From IMG/VR virus record IMGVR_UViG_2772190774_000001, positions 9,673 through 73,672 of that record: 64,000 bases of DNA; one strand, given 5' to 3'. Below, piece by piece: positions 61,689 to 64,000 of the stretch. The notes beneath the pieces are model-generated. The model was given only the letters and a program-made list of their open reading frames with translations. It searched no databases and was not told the DNA's origin. How positions within the stretch are numbered: the stretch's first letter is position 1; each line of letters opens with the position of its first letter. A program made the position numbers and the translations under genes. This DNA comes from a virus. Its lineage: Duplodnaviria; Caudoviricetes.

Positions 61689-62462
61689 TCATGCCGCGTC
61701 CCCGATCAGCGACGAGAACGGCGCCGACCCGCCGAGGCGCTTGTGCAGGTAGCGCAGCCCGTCCACCGTGATCCGCACCTGCTGCGTCAGCCGAGGCTCA
61801 CGGGTGTGCGGGTGCTCGTACTGGCGGGACCGTAAGGTCACGTGCCGCTCGTGAGCGGCGTAAGGGATGTCGCGGGAGTCGATCAGCCGCAGGTCACGCA
61901 GCGCCTGGAACAGCCGCTTCTGACCGGTGGAGATCGACGGGTCGCGGTTGAGGATGAACGCCGCCTCACGGACGGAGTAGTCGCCGTGCGCGCTCGCCAG
62001 GATGTCCCAGGCGTGCGCCGCCGGCTCCAGCTCGGCCATCCGCTGATTCGCCAGCTCGATCGCACGGGCCTGCCGGGCGGCGAGCTCCAGCGCGTCGGCG
62101 AAGGTCTGGGGGATCTCGAACTGCGGAGCCACCGAGTACGACCCGGTCTTCCGGATCGCCGGCAGGACCTCATGCGTGACCCACCGCTTGAACGCCTTCG
62201 CTTTGGGACGGCGGCTGCGAAGGATCAGGGAGTACAGGCCCGGCTCATTGACGACGATCGTCGCCTGCTGGCGACCCATGGAATCGGTGACCGGGATACT
62301 GTCCCGCTCATCCTCATCGAGGAGGTTCAGCGATGCCCGGGGGTCGGCGATGCCGAGGATTTCGCAGGCGTCCCGCCCTACGAACCAGGGCTCTCCATCG
62401 ATCAGGACGGAGCGGACCTGCTGGCCGGTCTCGGGGAAGCGGAACAGTTCGAGGGCGTTCAT
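61689..62462 (-). CDS. BRO-N plus KilAC antirepressor
   Basis: VRSVLIDGEPWFVGRDAC, VVNEPGLYSLILRSRRPKAKAFKRWVTHEVLP, IPQTFADAL, VRITVDGL. Confidence 0.95.
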   Translation of the reverse strand: MNALELFRFPETGQQVRSVLIDGEPWFVGRDACEILGIADPRASLNLLDEDERDSIPVTDSMGRQQATIVVNEPGLYSLILRSRRPKAKAFKRWVTHEVLPAIRKTGSYSVAPQFEIPQTFADALELAARQARAIELANQRMAELEPAAHAWDILASAHGDYSVREAAFILNRDPSISTGQKRLFQALRDLRLIDSRDIPYAAHERHVTLRSRQYEHPHTREPRLTQQVRITVDGLRYLHKRLGGSAPFSSLIGDAA

Positions 62463-62656
62463 GCTGCATCACTCCGCTGCGAGATGCGCCGCTCGATCAC
62501 GGCCGGCAGGTTCAGCATTCGGACCAGGCGCCGGGCCAGATCGGGGCTGGGAACACCGAGCATGGGAAACAGGTCAAGGGAATCGCCGTTTGCGTCCGGC
62601 GCTACTTCCGGGTAGCTACCTGTCACCTGCTCGCCGTTGCTGCCATGACCGGTCAT
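62459..62656 (-). CDS. small hypothetical protein
   Basis: coupled to cro. Confidence 0.55.
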   Translation of the reverse strand: MTGHGSNGEQVTGSYPEVAPDANGDSLDLFPMLGVPSPDLARRLVRMLNLPAVIERRISQRSDAA

Positions 62657-62901
62657 CAGGCAGACTCCTGCCTGTTTTCTGTCAGCAGGTCGTCAACAGA
62701 AATGTTGAGAGCTCGTGCAAGGACGGGGAGACGACGAGGACTGGGGCCGAACAGCCCTTTCTCGTAACGGCACAAGAGGGTGTCGTCAATACGCTCACCG
62801 GCTTCTTCGCACCGATCGGCCAGTTCGTTCAGGGTGAGTCCCTGCCGTAACCGTTCGCGCTTCGCCCTATGGCGATTGAAGGAGAGGTTTTTCGTGGGCA
62901 T
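62656..62901 (-). CDS. Cro-like XRE HTH regulator
   Basis: RLRQGLTLNELA..LCRYEKG..PSPRRLPVLARAL; divergent from cI. Confidence 0.85.
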   Translation of the reverse strand: MPTKNLSFNRHRAKRERLRQGLTLNELADRCEEAGERIDDTLLCRYEKGLFGPSPRRLPVLARALNISVDDLLTENRQESA

Positions 62902-63061
62902 GACCGCAACTTACCGCAGCACCGCTATGACCGCAAGAGACCGCAACAGTCGATCTCCGGATTCCGCCGTCCAGGCGGGGGTTGTAGGGGGGTCGCACCT
63001 TGGCGAACAGCCAAGTTGCGATAAGGTGCGCTCAGAAGCGCAACACGAGGAAGGCCCGGCA
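62902..63061. promoter_or_regulatory. lysis/lysogeny switch intergenic region
   Basis: divergent HTH genes; repeated ACCGCA boxes at 62902-62946. Confidence 0.55.
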
Positions 63062-63547
63062 ATGCCGCGAGACACCGCCGAGCGAACACGCCTCGCCGAC
63101 GCCATGGACCAACGGCGCATCGAGCTGGGCCTGCGTTGGGAACACATCGCAGAGAAAGCCCGCATCTCCACCACACACCTGCGGAAGTTCCGCCGCGGCG
63201 ACGCCGGCATCAGCTCAGTGGTAGAGGCCGCCCTCGAAGACGCTCTCCAGTGGGAGCACGGGTCCATGGCGACGATCCGCGACGGCGGGGAACCGACCCC
63301 CGTCGCTGAAAGTTCCAGGCGCGACCCGAACAAGACGCTCGCCGAGATGCTCCTAGAGCGCGGGCTCGCCCGACCGGAGGAGCTCACCGCCGCTGACGAG
63401 ATCCGCAACGACCCGGTGGCATGGGAGATCCTCGAAGCCGAGGACCTCACCATGGCGGGGCGGGAGCGGATGCTGAAGGCGTACGCCCACATGCGGCGGG
63501 AGACGTTCGAGGCGGCCAGAGAACACAAGAGGGGGTCGCGAGCCTGA
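63062..63547 (+). CDS. cI-like immunity repressor
   Basis: RRIELGLRWEHIAEKARISTTHLRKF..LEDALQWEHGS; AGGAAGG RBS. Confidence 0.85.
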   Translation: MPRDTAERTRLADAMDQRRIELGLRWEHIAEKARISTTHLRKFRRGDAGISSVVEAALEDALQWEHGSMATIRDGGEPTPVAESSRRDPNKTLAEMLLERGLARPEELTAADEIRNDPVAWEILEAEDLTMAGRERMLKAYAHMRRETFEAAREHKRGSRA

Positions 63548-63586
63548 CCCTCGCGACCCCCTATGACCCCCTCTGTCTAACCCTGC

Positions 63587-64000
63587 TCAGTTTCCCATGA
63601 AGGGCCCGAGCGACGGGAACGGCCCGGTGTCCGCCGGGATCGGGTCGTTCCTGATCGGGTACCGCGCGTTGTGGTCGGCGGCGTCGAGCTTCGCCCGCTC
63701 GGCGCCCCGGTAGAAGCGCTCCTCCCAGCGGGCTTCGGTCCCGGTGTGGGAGCGCAGGGCGTCGGCCAGGTCGCGCATGGCCTCAGACTGCTCCTTCACG
63801 GTGACAGTGCGGGTGTGGGAGACGGACAGCACCGCGGCGGCCAGTGTGGTGACTGCCGCGCCAACGAGCAGGGCCAAGAACCCCCTGCCCCCCAGGGCGC
63901 CAGTGCCGTTGACCGCCTCGGCTGCGACATGGACGCCGACGCCGGCCCACAGGCCCCCCGGGACGACGACAGCGCACACGCCAAACTTGCTGATCCTCAT
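63587..64000 (-). CDS. 2-TM membrane protein (possibly truncated at the window edge)
   Basis: two hydrophobic segments; convergent with cI. Confidence 0.6.
   Translation of the reverse strand: MRISKFGVCAVVVPGGLWAGVGVHVAAEAVNGTGALGGRGFLALLVGAAVTTLAAAVLSVSHTRTVTVKEQSEAMRDLADALRSHTGTEARWEERFYRGAERAKLDAADHNARYPIRNDPIPADTGPFPSLGPFMGN

Noticed and set aside
63548-64000. Integrase or att site
   Set aside because: No large tyrosine or serine integrase and no att core are visible in the window; they probably lie beyond the right edge.

Overview
The window is most of a high-GC temperate siphovirus genome, probably a prophage of an actinomycete (host inferred from GC content and gene families). From right to left it holds the cI/cro switch and BRO antirepressor (61.7-63.5 kb), then a long minus-strand early arm (RecT-like, HNH, SLOG, replication initiator with origin repeats, DnaB-like helicase, C5 methylase, many small ORFs). 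Next come terS, a lysis cassette and terL, then head, neck and tail genes (11.1-42.1 kb), a plus-strand sigma factor plus sugar-modification cassette (6.7-11.1 kb), small membrane genes and an atypical tRNA-like RNA (5.6-6.5 kb), and a plus-strand cluster of micro-ORFs with HU, a serine resolvase and a Phd-like gene (0-4.6 kb). No integrase is visible, so it is probably beyond the right edge. The strongest signal is a solitary RAMP/Cas7-like gene (54139-54852) followed by a ~750 bp non-coding array with 5-nt periodicity (NNNCC pentamers punctuated by CGAC, many units 5n+3 nt long). This looks like a non-CRISPR programmable guide-RNA system. Family assignments come from motif recognition by eye; no database search was run.
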